DNA of 64,000 nucleotides from Flavobacteriales bacterium (GTDB lineage Bacteria > Bacteroidota > Bacteroidia > Flavobacteriales_D > Crocinitomicaceae). This document shows positions 46,401 through 55,387 of this stretch, piece by piece. A program made the position numbers and the translations under genes. The notes below the pieces were generated by a model that saw nothing but the letters and a program-made list of their open reading frames with translations, was not told the DNA's origin and did not search any database. Numbering within the stretch: the first letter of the stretch is position 1; each line of letters opens with the position of its first letter. The stretch covers positions 1,210 to 65,209 of the forward strand of contig JBJTCG010000103.1 in assembly GCA_046091725.1 (NCBI GenBank). The letters are read 5' to 3'.

Positions 46401-47757
46401 GCTCTTCAACCTCAAGCCCGTGACGGCCAATTTCGATGTAGAAATCTGGGCCAAATTGTTGTTTCCACCATAGTAGTGCTTCTTCGGCTTGCTTTTCACC
46501 TACATTGAGAAGTAAGTTGGCTATTTCACCGTAGAGGTTCCCACTCAAGACAATGAGATCTGTTTTGTATTGTTCAATGACAGCTTTATCTATGCGCGGC
46601 ACGTAATACATGCCTTGGGTATAGGCGATTGAGGCAAGCTTGATGAGGTTTTGGTAACCGTTTTTGTTTTTGGCTAAAAAAACAATTTGATAGCCGTTGT
46701 CTTTGACTGTTTTATCTTGAAGATTTCTACAGACATTGAACTCACAACCAATAATGGGTAGTATTTCTTGACCATAATAAGGCTCGTTTTTTTCAAGTGC
46801 ATCCGCTCTTTCTGCCTTTATTTTTGCATTGTGTGCTGCTGCTGCTTTTTCAAATTGGAAGGCAGCCATCATGTTGCCAGTATCGGTGAGGGCTACTGCT
46901 GGCTGGCCCAAAGCAACCGCTTTCTGTATGAGCCCTGTAACCTCAGCGGTAGATTGTAATATTGAAAATTGGGTGTGATTATGGAGATGTGCAAAAACGA
47001 GGTCTTGGAGCGCCTCTTGGTTGACAGATGGCTGTGGATTAATTGGGGCTGTCTTTTTTTGCCTTAGTAATTCGCTTTCAGCCTTTAAATTGAGATGTTG
47101 TAAACCAATTTTTTCAATTGGCTTTGGATTGAGCAATTTAAAAGATTCAAAGTAGCCGGGTTCTTGAAGGATTTCTTCAAGGGTGTAGTGTTCTTTGCGC
47201 AGCAGTTCAAGGAAGCAACGGGTAGTAGATTCAACATCGGCGGTTGCGTTGTGTGCCTCAGCAAATGCTTCTTGAAACAAAAATTCATGAAGTTCGGTGA
47301 GGGTCGGTAATTTGAAGCGCCCTCCTCTCCCTCCGGGGATCTGACACAACGCTGCTGTTTTTTCAGTACAGGTATCGAGTACAGGCTTCACTAAAGGTGT
47401 TTCTTGCCCCAAGCGAATAAATTCTGCACCCAAAACATTGATGTCAAATTTGAGATTATGGCCAACCATAAAGTTGGACCTCGATAGATCTTTATTAAAT
47501 TGAGCAAGCACCTCACGTAATGGAACCCCATTTTGCTGAGCTAACTCTGTGGAAATGCCATGTACACGTTCAGATTCGAATGGAATGTTGTATCCATCAG
47601 GCTGTATGATGAAGTCTTTTTGGGAGATGAGTTCGCCGGCTTCGTCATGCAATTGCCAAGCCAACTGAACCACACGCGGCCAGTTGTCGGTGTCCGTTAT
47701 TGGGGCGTTAAAGTCACGAGGTAGACCCGTGGTTTCGGTATCAAATATGAGGTACAT
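43411..47757 (-). CDS. dnaE: DNA polymerase III alpha subunit with fused N-terminal DEDDh 3'-5' exonuclease domain
   Basis: 1448 aa. Residues 1-188 carry Exo I FDTETTG, Exo II HNLKFD and Exo III HNATAD. These are followed by PHP (HLHNHTQFS), palm (GPGRGSAAGS, PDIDIDF), fingers, and a C-terminal OB region. Confidence 0.95.
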   Translation of the reverse strand: MYLIFDTETTGLPRDFNAPITDTDNWPRVVQLAWQLHDEAGELISQKDFIIQPDGYNIPFESERVHGISTELAQQNGVPLREVLAQFNKDLSRSNFMVGHNLKFDINVLGAEFIRLGQETPLVKPVLDTCTEKTAALCQIPGGRGGRFKLPTLTELHEFLFQEAFAEAHNATADVESTTRCFLELLRKEHYTLEEILQEPGYFESFKLLNPKPIEKIGLQHLNLKAESELLRQKKTAPINPQPSVNQEALQDLVFAHLHNHTQFSILQSTAEVTGLIQKAVALGQPAVALTDTGNMMAAFQFEKAAAAHNAKIKAERADALEKNEPYYGQEILPIIGCEFNVCRNLQDKTVKDNGYQIVFLAKNKNGYQNLIKLASIAYTQGMYYVPRIDKAVIEQYKTDLIVLSGNLYGEIANLLLNVGEKQAEEALLWWKQQFGPDFYIEIGRHGLEVEERVNPLLVALANKHQVQIVATNNTYYIEQKDALAHDVLLCVKDNELVETPKGRGRGFRYGLENDTYYMRSSEEMIALFADIPQAISSISEIIEKCEHYGLAREVLLPAFDIPSQFIDPLDAQDGGKRGENAYLKYLTFEGAKKRYTEINSEIQERLDFELATIEKTGYPGYFLIVQDFCNAARQMGVSVGPGRGSAAGSAVAYCIGITNVDPIKYDLLFERFLNPDRISMPDIDIDFDDEGRGRVIEYVINKYGANQVAQIITYGTMAAKSAVRDTSRVMNLPLPEADRLAKLIPDLSLKKLFNLPEPELIDKLRNQEAITNAKELRRIYNGSDLQAKVLQKATEIEGSVRNTGIHACGVIITPDDLTNFVPVATAKDSEMVCTQYDNAVAESAGLLKMDFLGLKTLTLIKDAVRLIKENRGIELDPDAFPIDDEATYALFQRGETVGIFQYESPGMQKHLKELKPTVFADLIAMNALYRPGPMEYIPSYCKRKHGEEEIVYDLADCEEYLKETYGITVYQEQVMLLSQKLAHFTKGEADTLRKAMGKKDRKVLDKMKPTFIERASAKGHAEPTLEKIWKDWEAFASYAFNKSHSTCYAWVAYQTAYLKANYPAEYMASVLSNNMSDIKQVSFFMEECRRMGIEVLGPDINESGFTFSVNASGAIRFGLGAIKGMGSGPVEAILQERQNGAFSDIFDVTKRINLRLCNKRAFESLVYAGGFDSFQEVHRAQYFVTDTSNRTFLESAIRYGASVQEQQHSSQHSMFGEATGTTMPAPTVPRAEEWPAIYKLNREKEVVGIFISGHPLDDFKVEITSFCTGTVTMLNDPAAYLGRDLLIAAIISNAEHRFTKHGDGFGSLIIEDYQDSYKLNLFKESYLKFKHFMEPGTFVAIKGRIEVPRYRQVPEFVVHQIELLQDLREKRAKMLKLRFSAKQLDQIVIDQLHQLFEANPGSCQIHFTVFDPLDNIEVTLPSRSVKVQPSSQLFKELAKLDIQFKLN

Positions 47758-47826
47758 GCGCAGCAGAAAATGGAACTTCTAAAGATAGAAATTAGTTGGT
47801 CAACTGAATGCGATTGTTGAAAACTA

Positions 47827-48681
47827 TTATTGTGCCAGTGCTTGTTCCCAATTGGCATTGAGCAAAACTACTAAGCGTCGGGCAATATTATTTTGGTAAC
47901 GCTTCGTGCGGTAACCACCAACCCAGTTGATACCGCGAATGGCATTGGTTAAAAAAACTTCATCGGCTGCCAAAAGATTTTGTGGCATCAGGGAACATTC
48001 ATAGACCTTAATGCCATTAGCTATTGCTAAATTGATGATCTGCATGCGCATGGTCCCGGCCAAACAACCTTCATCTAGACTTGGTGTGTATAACACACCG
48101 TTGCTAATAATAAACACATTGCAAGACGAGGTTTCGAGGATACTTCCTTTGTGGTCAACCAAAAAGAGGTCATCAAGGCCTTTATCTTTGGCAGCAAGTG
48201 CAGCCATGATGTAGGGCAAACCCATTTTTGTTTTGTAATTAGAAAGTAGGTTTTTTTCTAATTTGATATCTTGGTATATATCGAGCTCCAAGCCCTTTGC
48301 ATTGAGCTCATAATGATTGACCTCATAGGGGTAGACTTCAATGTAATAAGTTGCTTCGTTGGAATCAGGCAAATAAGCACCTCCACTAATTCTGTCTAAT
48401 GACAAACGGCAACGTCCACCTTCCGTGATGCCAGATTGCTCACACAATTCTAAAATTTTGGCTTCAAAAAAAGCAGTTGTATAGCTGGAAGAAGGGCGCA
48501 TATGAATGGCTCTGGCACCTGCCAAAAGCCTCAAGATATGGTTTTCTAAATTGAGTGGTTTGCCATTAATGATTCGAATGCTTTCAAAAACACCGTCGCC
48601 GTATAAATGCGCGCGGTTACCAGGCAAAATTGTCGGGGCATCGCCTGCAAGTAAATTTCCGTTGTTATTAACGTAAAGCAT
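47827..48681 (-). CDS. Class IV (fold type IV) aminotransferase, branched-chain/D-amino-acid aminotransferase or aminodeoxychorismate lyase-like
   Basis: YGDGVFESIR N-terminal motif and the NVFIISNGVLYTP / EVFLTNAIRGI pattern. Substrate not assignable. Confidence 0.75.
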   Translation of the reverse strand: MLYVNNNGNLLAGDAPTILPGNRAHLYGDGVFESIRIINGKPLNLENHILRLLAGARAIHMRPSSSYTTAFFEAKILELCEQSGITEGGRCRLSLDRISGGAYLPDSNEATYYIEVYPYEVNHYELNAKGLELDIYQDIKLEKNLLSNYKTKMGLPYIMAALAAKDKGLDDLFLVDHKGSILETSSCNVFIISNGVLYTPSLDEGCLAGTMRMQIINLAIANGIKVYECSLMPQNLLAADEVFLTNAIRGINWVGGYRTKRYQNNIARRLVVLLNANWEQALAQ

Positions 48682-48696
48682 AGGCCGTGGGTTGAC

Positions 48697-49302
48697 TTAC
48701 AAAAACAAATGTACAAATTGCATTCCTTTTTCAGGCGCTATCAACAAGACAAATAATACACCAAAAAGCGCACCTCCTATATGGGCATCGTGTGCTATTC
48801 CAGATTTTGCATTGCGCATTGAGTAATATTCGAATGCCAAATACAAAGGCCCAAAAATGTAAGCCGGAATTGGAATTGGAATAAACATCAGATACAGCGC
48901 TTGCGTTGGATCCCAAAGGATAAAAGCAAATAAAATGGCGCTCACGGCACCTGAAGCACCTAAACTTCGGTAAGCAGGGTTATCTTGATTGCGCAACATG
49001 GGCCACAGAGTGGCACTCAGGCCTCCAACAACATATAATAAACCTAGATAAATGCGTGCATTTGTAAGACCAAACTCTAACTGCCAAATTTGCTCTAAAT
49101 AACTTCCGATAAAATATAGCGTCATCATGTTAAAGGCCAAGTGTGTGATATCGGCATGCACAAGCACATGACTCAGTAAACGGTAAAATTCGCCGCGGTG
49201 CTTAACAGCATAAGGCTCTAATAGAAGCCTTGATAAAAGCGCTTGATTTTGAAAGGCTTGCCATGAAATAAGTACCGTAATGATGAGGAAAAATAGAATC
49301 AT
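48697..49302 (-). CDS. Rhomboid family intramembrane serine protease
   Basis: Six TM helices, the HxxxxHxxxN-like segment HADITHLAFNM, a GASGAV catalytic Ser, and AHDAHIGG (His). Confidence 0.85.
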   Translation of the reverse strand: MILFFLIITVLISWQAFQNQALLSRLLLEPYAVKHRGEFYRLLSHVLVHADITHLAFNMMTLYFIGSYLEQIWQLEFGLTNARIYLGLLYVVGGLSATLWPMLRNQDNPAYRSLGASGAVSAILFAFILWDPTQALYLMFIPIPIPAYIFGPLYLAFEYYSMRNAKSGIAHDAHIGGALFGVLFVLLIAPEKGMQFVHLFL

Positions 49303-49352
49303 GGCACTTTCGCATTTATTTTATACATTCATCGAAAATAAAGAATAATCCA

Positions 49353-50936
49353 ATGCAGAAAATTATTGCCTGCTGTGTGACCTTTTTTTGCTTGCTTTTT
49401 TGGGCTTGCCAAAATGGGTCTCTAGAGACAAAGAAGCAAGATTTTTTAAATGATGCTCAAATCAGTGAGCGACAAAAATTCATCAGATTATTAGAAGAAG
49501 GTCATCCCGACTTGCCGCTATCTCAAGAAGAACGCAAACAATTAATGGACTTTTATAAGGCAAGAGGCTACCAAAGAATCTTTACTAATGATTCTACTTA
49601 CAGCGCGGAGGGAACCTCTTGGATTACTACCTTGCAAAAACATGAATATTTTGGCCTGGCTCAAAACAGGTTCGTCTCCTCAAAAAATTCAAAACTGGTA
49701 ATTCAAGAATTGCTACTCCATTTCAATATTGGAATAGCGCTGAATGATTTAGATAGTGGCTTTATTGATTTTGAGCGCACGCAATATAAAAAGAGAAATT
49801 GGCGTGCATTACCAAAAGAATACCTCAACAGAAAAATTTCTAAAGACTCTGTTTTACTTTCCAGGGGCCCTGCCGATAGCAACTACAGGTATTTTGCACA
49901 GCACTTGTATCATTTTCGAGATACCGCACAAATTGACACTACTTTCTTTGAACTCATTACTGAAAAAGAAAATAAAAAGTTAGCTTGGGAAAAACTGAAA
50001 TTTGCTTTACTCACAAAGGGATTGATTACCGAAAATATAGATAGCCTCAACATACGCAAAGTACTCAGGGGTTACCAAAAAAGTTATGGATTAATTGCTG
50101 ATGGAATGGTTGGTCAGGCTACTGTTATTTCATTTGCAGAATCTGGCAGAGACCGTTTTACAAGAGCCATGATTGCGCTTGATCGGCTCAGACAAGAAAA
50201 AATCAAACCTAAGTCATATATCAGTATCAATATCCCTTCATTTTATTTGAATTTTGTGTCAGACGACACCTTGCGTGCACAACATAAAATTATTGTCGGG
50301 AAAATTGATCACCCTACCCCAATACTCGAATCGAGGATCACGCGTATCATCAGCCTTCCTTACTGGAAAGTACCCAGTTCTATTGCTAAAAATGAAGTGC
50401 TACCAGCTTTGAAACGAAATGCCACTTATCTTACCAAAGAACACATGCGCATCTTTAAATCCCAGCAACGTGAGGTCAACCCCACTTCGATCAACTGGAA
50501 AAAAATCAAAGACAAGACTTTTCCATATCAAATCATTCAAGACCCCGGACCCTGGAATAGTTTGGGCCTGATAAAATTTGAATTTGCCAATAACTTTTCT
50601 GTTTATGTTCATGACACCCCGAGCCGTTACCTTTTTGGGCAGCGATACAGAAGTTTTTCGCACGGATGCATGCGCTGTGACCAGCCTATTGAACTTGGCA
50701 AGGCGATTTTGAACTTCGATAAAACTTCAAAGAAAGAAAATCCGGTAAGCCCCGATTCACTCCAAGTTTTGATCGACATGCAAATTCATCAAAGCATTCC
50801 ATTATTGAAATCCTTACCAATTTTCGTAGGCTACCAAAGCGTTACGACCGATCGTAAGGGCATCTATTTTCACCTAGACCTCTATCAGAAAGATCAGCCA
50901 TTCATTCGTCTCGTGCAAACAGAAAATAATGGCTAA
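49353..50936 (+). CDS. L,D-transpeptidase family protein (YcbB-like, with peptidoglycan-binding domain)
   Basis: PG_binding-like segment YQKSYGLIADGMVGQATV and the YkuD catalytic motif HDTP...SHGCMRC. Confidence 0.8.
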   Translation: MQKIIACCVTFFCLLFWACQNGSLETKKQDFLNDAQISERQKFIRLLEEGHPDLPLSQEERKQLMDFYKARGYQRIFTNDSTYSAEGTSWITTLQKHEYFGLAQNRFVSSKNSKLVIQELLLHFNIGIALNDLDSGFIDFERTQYKKRNWRALPKEYLNRKISKDSVLLSRGPADSNYRYFAQHLYHFRDTAQIDTTFFELITEKENKKLAWEKLKFALLTKGLITENIDSLNIRKVLRGYQKSYGLIADGMVGQATVISFAESGRDRFTRAMIALDRLRQEKIKPKSYISINIPSFYLNFVSDDTLRAQHKIIVGKIDHPTPILESRITRIISLPYWKVPSSIAKNEVLPALKRNATYLTKEHMRIFKSQQREVNPTSINWKKIKDKTFPYQIIQDPGPWNSLGLIKFEFANNFSVYVHDTPSRYLFGQRYRSFSHGCMRCDQPIELGKAILNFDKTSKKENPVSPDSLQVLIDMQIHQSIPLLKSLPIFVGYQSVTTDRKGIYFHLDLYQKDQPFIRLVQTENNG

Positions 50937-50958
50937 TTTTACAAAAAAAACAAAACCA

Positions 50959-51603
50959 ATGATTGTTTCCCCATCTGTATTATCTTGCGATTTTGCCAAC
51001 ATCCAACGCGACACCGAAATGTTAAACAGTTCTGTTGCTGAATGGCTACATATCGATGTAATGGATGGCGTATTTGTACCCAATATTTCTTTTGGTTTTC
51101 CTGTTTTACAGGCCATTCGCAAACATACCCAAAAGGTGCTTGATGTGCATCTCATGATTGCCAATCCGGATGCCTACCTTGAAGAATTCAAAAAAGCAGG
51201 TGCTGACATTCTAACTGTTCATTACGAATCTTGTACGCATTTACACCGCACCATCACAAGAATTCAAGAATTGGGCATGAAAGCCGGTGTGGCTTTGAAC
51301 CCCCACACCCCAATTGAAGTACTTTCAGAAATAGCTAAGCAACTTGACCTCGTCTTGATCATGAGCGTGAATCCTGGATTTGGCGGGCAAAAATTCATTG
51401 AGTCAGCTACAGACAAAGTTGGGCGCTTAAAAACACTGCGCGAACAACATGAAGCTCATTTTCTTATTGAAGTAGATGGCGGTGTCAACCTCAATACGGG
51501 TGCTCAACTCGCTGCCGCTGGTGCCGACGCTTTGGTAGCCGGAAGTTTTGTTTTCGGATCAGAAAATCCGGTTCAAACCATTGCTGAGCTAAAAGCATTG
51601 TAA
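50959..51603 (+). CDS. rpe: Ribulose-phosphate 3-epimerase
   Basis: SPSVLSCDF, HIDVMDG.FVPN, DVHLM, and MSVNPGFGGQKF motifs. An upstream in-frame ATG at 50929 is an alternative start. Confidence 0.92.
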   Translation: MIVSPSVLSCDFANIQRDTEMLNSSVAEWLHIDVMDGVFVPNISFGFPVLQAIRKHTQKVLDVHLMIANPDAYLEEFKKAGADILTVHYESCTHLHRTITRIQELGMKAGVALNPHTPIEVLSEIAKQLDLVLIMSVNPGFGGQKFIESATDKVGRLKTLREQHEAHFLIEVDGGVNLNTGAQLAAAGADALVAGSFVFGSENPVQTIAELKAL

Positions 51604-51639
51604 CGTAACATAATCAGCTTTTTAACGTTAACAAACCCT

Positions 51640-52686
51640 ATGAAGCAACTACTTGCTATTGTTATCGTGTGTATTCATTTCTTGAGCGCAAATGCGCAAG
51701 ATCTCGCACAACTTGAACATGAAGCTGCAGTCATCCTCAATCAAATTCGTTCTTCCAAAGATGATTTAGCTACTGATGCAGCTCATCTGTCCTTTAAAAA
51801 GGCAATGAACAATCTTGTAAAATCAAAAGGATTCTTTGATTACGAATTTAAAGAACTTAAAATTGCCAACCTTTTTAGTGCTGACCAAACGGTCAGACTC
51901 ATCACCTGGAATATCGAATATAGCGATCTTTCTTACAGTTATGGCGGTTTTATTTTGAGGCGAGAAGAAGGGCGCGAAAAGGTATTGATACAAGAACTCA
52001 ATGACCAACTGGATCCTTACAGTACAAAACCAGAAGGGGTCATCGATGCCAAAGCTTGGTATGGTGCCATTTATTTTAAAATCATCGATTTTTCTTTTCA
52101 AGGCAAAACCTGTTATCTACTTTTTGGCTACGATGCCGGAACAACAATGAGCAATTACAAAATTCTCGATGTACTGAGTTTCAGTGGTCAAACTGCAAGG
52201 TTTGGTGCAGCAGTTTTCAAAGACCCCAAACAAACTAAAAAAAGAGTCGTACTGGAATACTCCAACATGGCCACCTTGTCGCTGGAGTTCGAACCGAAGC
52301 GCAATCGAATTGTTTTCGATCATCTTTCTGCTGAGTCTCCGGCACTTGAAGGAGTTGCCTCATATTATTTTCCAGATATGTCTTATGACGCCTACATTTA
52401 CGATGCAGATAGAGAAATATGGATTTTCGAACAAGATGTCGTCGCAACAAACCCAGCTGATGTCGGCGAGAAATACTTTTATTCACTGAACCGAAAAACA
52501 GGCGCAGTGGAAAAAAGCAAAATGAACAAAGACTGGATCAATCCGTCCGACCCAGCCAATCGGGCAAATGGCCAGCATCAGGCCGCGTTGCCAGCACAAT
52601 CAACAGAAGAATTTCCAGAAATACCCTTGAAGGAACGTCGCAAATGGTTTAAAAGAAACCGAAATTACAATCCTGAAAGCTACTAA
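51640..52686 (+). CDS. Hypothetical secreted protein
   Basis: Signal peptide ending SANAQ. No motif recognised. Basic C-terminal tail. Confidence 0.5.
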   Translation: MKQLLAIVIVCIHFLSANAQDLAQLEHEAAVILNQIRSSKDDLATDAAHLSFKKAMNNLVKSKGFFDYEFKELKIANLFSADQTVRLITWNIEYSDLSYSYGGFILRREEGREKVLIQELNDQLDPYSTKPEGVIDAKAWYGAIYFKIIDFSFQGKTCYLLFGYDAGTTMSNYKILDVLSFSGQTARFGAAVFKDPKQTKKRVVLEYSNMATLSLEFEPKRNRIVFDHLSAESPALEGVASYYFPDMSYDAYIYDADREIWIFEQDVVATNPADVGEKYFYSLNRKTGAVEKSKMNKDWINPSDPANRANGQHQAALPAQSTEEFPEIPLKERRKWFKRNRNYNPESY

Positions 52687-52698
52687 AAACAATACATT

Positions 52699-53538
52699 AT
52701 GCAACTCGGTAAAATCAATCAACTCACCATTCAACGTTTTGCACCTCCGGGCGCTTATTTGGTGGATGCACAAGAAAACGAAGTGCTATTGCCGAATAAA
52801 TACCTCGACCCATCTTGGAGCGAGGGTAGTGTTGTAGACGTTTTTGTGATGAAAGACTCTTCAGATAGAATAGTTGCAGTCAAAGAAACACCTTATATTT
52901 TACTCGGCGACTTCGCGTATTTAGAAGTAGTAGAAATCAATCCTTTTGGCGCTTTTGTCGATTGGGGCCTAGATAAAGATCTTTTTGTGCCTTTTGCAGA
53001 ACAACGACATGCCCTTCAAATAGGTGAAAAGTACCTTTTTACATTACTCTACGACTACGATACTGACCGACTATTTGGAAGTATGAAAATCAGAAAAATG
53101 CTTACTCCTTGCAAAGATGCCACATTAGAAGGTCAACAGGTAAGCATTTTTGTTGCAGATGAAGGAAAACTCGGTAGAAATGTCATTGTCAATAATCAGT
53201 ACGAAGGGCTTATCTTTCGCAACAACCAAAGCCAAATCTTGGAACCGGGCATGGTGCTTGACGCGTTTGTAGCCAAAGTACGAGAAGATGGCAAACTCGA
53301 TATCACTTTAGAAATCATCAATGACAGCCGCTATGACGCCGCTGAGCAAAAGATTTTAGCCCTGCTCAAAGAACATGACGGCTTTCTTTATCTGCATGAC
53401 AAAAGTGAACCAGAAGAAATCAAAGCAATGCTTGGGATGAGTAAAAAAACATTCAAACAAGCCATCGGAAAGTTATATAAACATCAAAGAATCAGTATAG
53501 AGTCAACGGGAATTCAATTGACTAAAAAAGGAGCCTAA
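52699..53538 (+). CDS. S1-like RNA-binding domain protein (CvfB/YitL family)
   Basis: N-terminus [20 protein letters not shown]...EVLLPNKY, repeated S1-like modules, and a C-terminal winged-helix-like end. Confidence 0.75.
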   Translation: MQLGKINQLTIQRFAPPGAYLVDAQENEVLLPNKYLDPSWSEGSVVDVFVMKDSSDRIVAVKETPYILLGDFAYLEVVEINPFGAFVDWGLDKDLFVPFAEQRHALQIGEKYLFTLLYDYDTDRLFGSMKIRKMLTPCKDATLEGQQVSIFVADEGKLGRNVIVNNQYEGLIFRNNQSQILEPGMVLDAFVAKVREDGKLDITLEIINDSRYDAAEQKILALLKEHDGFLYLHDKSEPEEIKAMLGMSKKTFKQAIGKLYKHQRISIESTGIQLTKKGA

Positions 53539-54323
53539 CGCCCATCTCCGTCTAATAAATTTCCGAGTCCACCTAAAATACTCCCTTCCTCTTTTCGAGT
53601 AGTGGTGCCGTATGCTAATATTCTGGAGGCAAGTCTAGAAATAGGAAGGCTTTGTAACCAAACTTTACCCGGGCCTTGTAGTGTGGCAAAAAAGAGACCT
53701 TCACCACCGAACACGGTGTTTTTGATGCCGCCAACAAATTGAATGTCGTAATTGATTTCTTGTGTATATGCGACAATACAACCGGTATCCACTCGCAATA
53801 CTTCTCCAGGTTGTAATGTTCTTTCCGTTATGTAGCCACCCGCATGACAAAATGCGAAACCGTCACCTTCTAATTTCTGCATGATAAACCCCTCACCTCC
53901 GAACAGACCAGTTCCGAGCTTACGTTGAAATTCAATACCAACAGATACACCTTTAGCGGCGCACAGAAATGCATCTTTTTGACAAATAATTTTCCCGTTG
54001 TATTGGAGTAAGTCAAGTGCGATGATTTTTCCAGGGTAAGGTGAAGCAAACGCCACTCTGGCTTTGCCAAAACCTTGATTAGTAAAGGCGGTCATGAAAA
54101 GACTTTCTCCGGTCAATAGGCGCTTTCCTGCACTGAACAGCTTGCCCATAAAACCTGTTTGGCCTGTGCCGTCACCGAATATGGTTTGCATCTCGATCGC
54201 TTGATCCATGTACATAAAAGCCCCTGCCTCAGCAATTGCTGTTTCTTGCGGATCGAGTTCAATCTCGACTAATTGCATTTCTTCACCCTTGATTTGGTAG
54301 TCTATTTCGTGATTGCTTCTCAT
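53535..54323 (-). CDS. TIGR00266 / AIM24 family protein
   Basis: Conserved blocks [24 protein letters not shown], and [22 protein letters not shown]. Confidence 0.75.
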   Translation of the reverse strand: MRSNHEIDYQIKGEEMQLVEIELDPQETAIAEAGAFMYMDQAIEMQTIFGDGTGQTGFMGKLFSAGKRLLTGESLFMTAFTNQGFGKARVAFASPYPGKIIALDLLQYNGKIICQKDAFLCAAKGVSVGIEFQRKLGTGLFGGEGFIMQKLEGDGFAFCHAGGYITERTLQPGEVLRVDTGCIVAYTQEINYDIQFVGGIKNTVFGGEGLFFATLQGPGKVWLQSLPISRLASRILAYGTTTRKEEGSILGGLGNLLDGDGR

Positions 54324-54335
54324 GTAGATTTTTTT

Positions 54336-54343
54336 ACAAAAAT
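54336..54343 (-). promoter_or_regulatory. -7 type promoter box TATTTTTG upstream of the TIGR00266 gene
   Basis: Exact match, 12 nt upstream of ATG 54323. Confidence 0.45.
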
Positions 54344-54372
54344 AGTAACTAAGTAAAAGCCAAGTTATTGTT

Positions 54373-54380
54373 TAACTTTG
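54373..54380 (+). promoter_or_regulatory. -7 type promoter box TAACTTTG only 4 nt upstream of the gpsA ATG
   Basis: Exact TAnnTTTG match. The ATG is at 54385. Confidence 0.4.
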
Positions 54381-54384
54381 CCAA

Positions 54385-55383
54385 ATGGAACAAACGAACC
54401 GTGTAGCCGTCATAGGCGGTGGAAGCTGGGCAACAGCACTCGTTAAAATTTTATGTAACAATCACGATGAGGTACATTGGTGGATGCGTAGTCAAGAAGC
54501 CATCGACCACCTCGAGCGTTTTGGTCATAATCCAAAGTACTTGCAATCTGTTTCTTTCAGTACCACGCAACTAAAACTGAGTTCGAACTTAAAAGCAGTG
54601 CTTGCTGCTGCAGATGTCATTGTTATTGCTACGCCTGCAGCTTTTCTACAAGAAGCTTTCGAAGGCATTGATTCCACTCATGTTAAAGCTAAAATTGTTT
54701 TCTCGGCAGTAAAAGGAATCATCCCTGCATTTAATGCAATTCCTGCCCGTTTCATTCACAAAAGTTTTGATGTTCCTTATGAAAATATCGGAATTATTTC
54801 AGGCCCTTGTCATGCTGAAGAAGTGGCAATGGAGCGCTTATCTTACCTAACATTAGCTTGCCAGAATGCTGCTCATGCCCAATTAATGGCCGACAAACTC
54901 AGTTGTAGGTATATCAAAACAACCACCTCAGATGACCTTTTTGGTACTGAATTCTCAGCAGTTTTAAAAAATGTATATGCTTTGGCAGCAGGAATATGTC
55001 ATGGACTAGGTTATGGAGATAATTTTCAGGCAGTCTTGATTTCAAATGCCATTCAAGAAATTGAAAAATTCATCGATGTCATACATCCGGTGCACCGCGA
55101 TACAAAAACGAGTGCTTATCTCGGTGATCTTTTAGTAACTGCCTATTCTAGTTTCTCAAGAAACCGAACCTTTGGTTTTATGATCGGAAAAGGTTATTCT
55201 GTGAAGTCTGCCCAACTAGAAATGAATATGGTCGCCGAAGGATATTATGCAACAAAATGTTTGTGGGAAATCAATAAGAAATTTCAGGTAGACATGCCCA
55301 TTTTACAAGCGGTCTATCATATCATTTACGAAAAAATTTCTCCTGCAGTAGAAATGAAATTATTAGCTGATCAACTCGCTTAG
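54385..55383 (+). CDS. gpsA: NAD(P)H-dependent glycerol-3-phosphate dehydrogenase
   Basis: VAVIGGGSWATAL Rossmann motif, LKNVYALAAGI, and the C-terminal P-I-x-x-A-V-Y pattern (MPILQAVYHI). Confidence 0.92.
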   Translation: MEQTNRVAVIGGGSWATALVKILCNNHDEVHWWMRSQEAIDHLERFGHNPKYLQSVSFSTTQLKLSSNLKAVLAAADVIVIATPAAFLQEAFEGIDSTHVKAKIVFSAVKGIIPAFNAIPARFIHKSFDVPYENIGIISGPCHAEEVAMERLSYLTLACQNAAHAQLMADKLSCRYIKTTTSDDLFGTEFSAVLKNVYALAAGICHGLGYGDNFQAVLISNAIQEIEKFIDVIHPVHRDTKTSAYLGDLLVTAYSSFSRNRTFGFMIGKGYSVKSAQLEMNMVAEGYYATKCLWEINKKFQVDMPILQAVYHIIYEKISPAVEMKLLADQLA

Positions 55384-55387
55384 TCAA

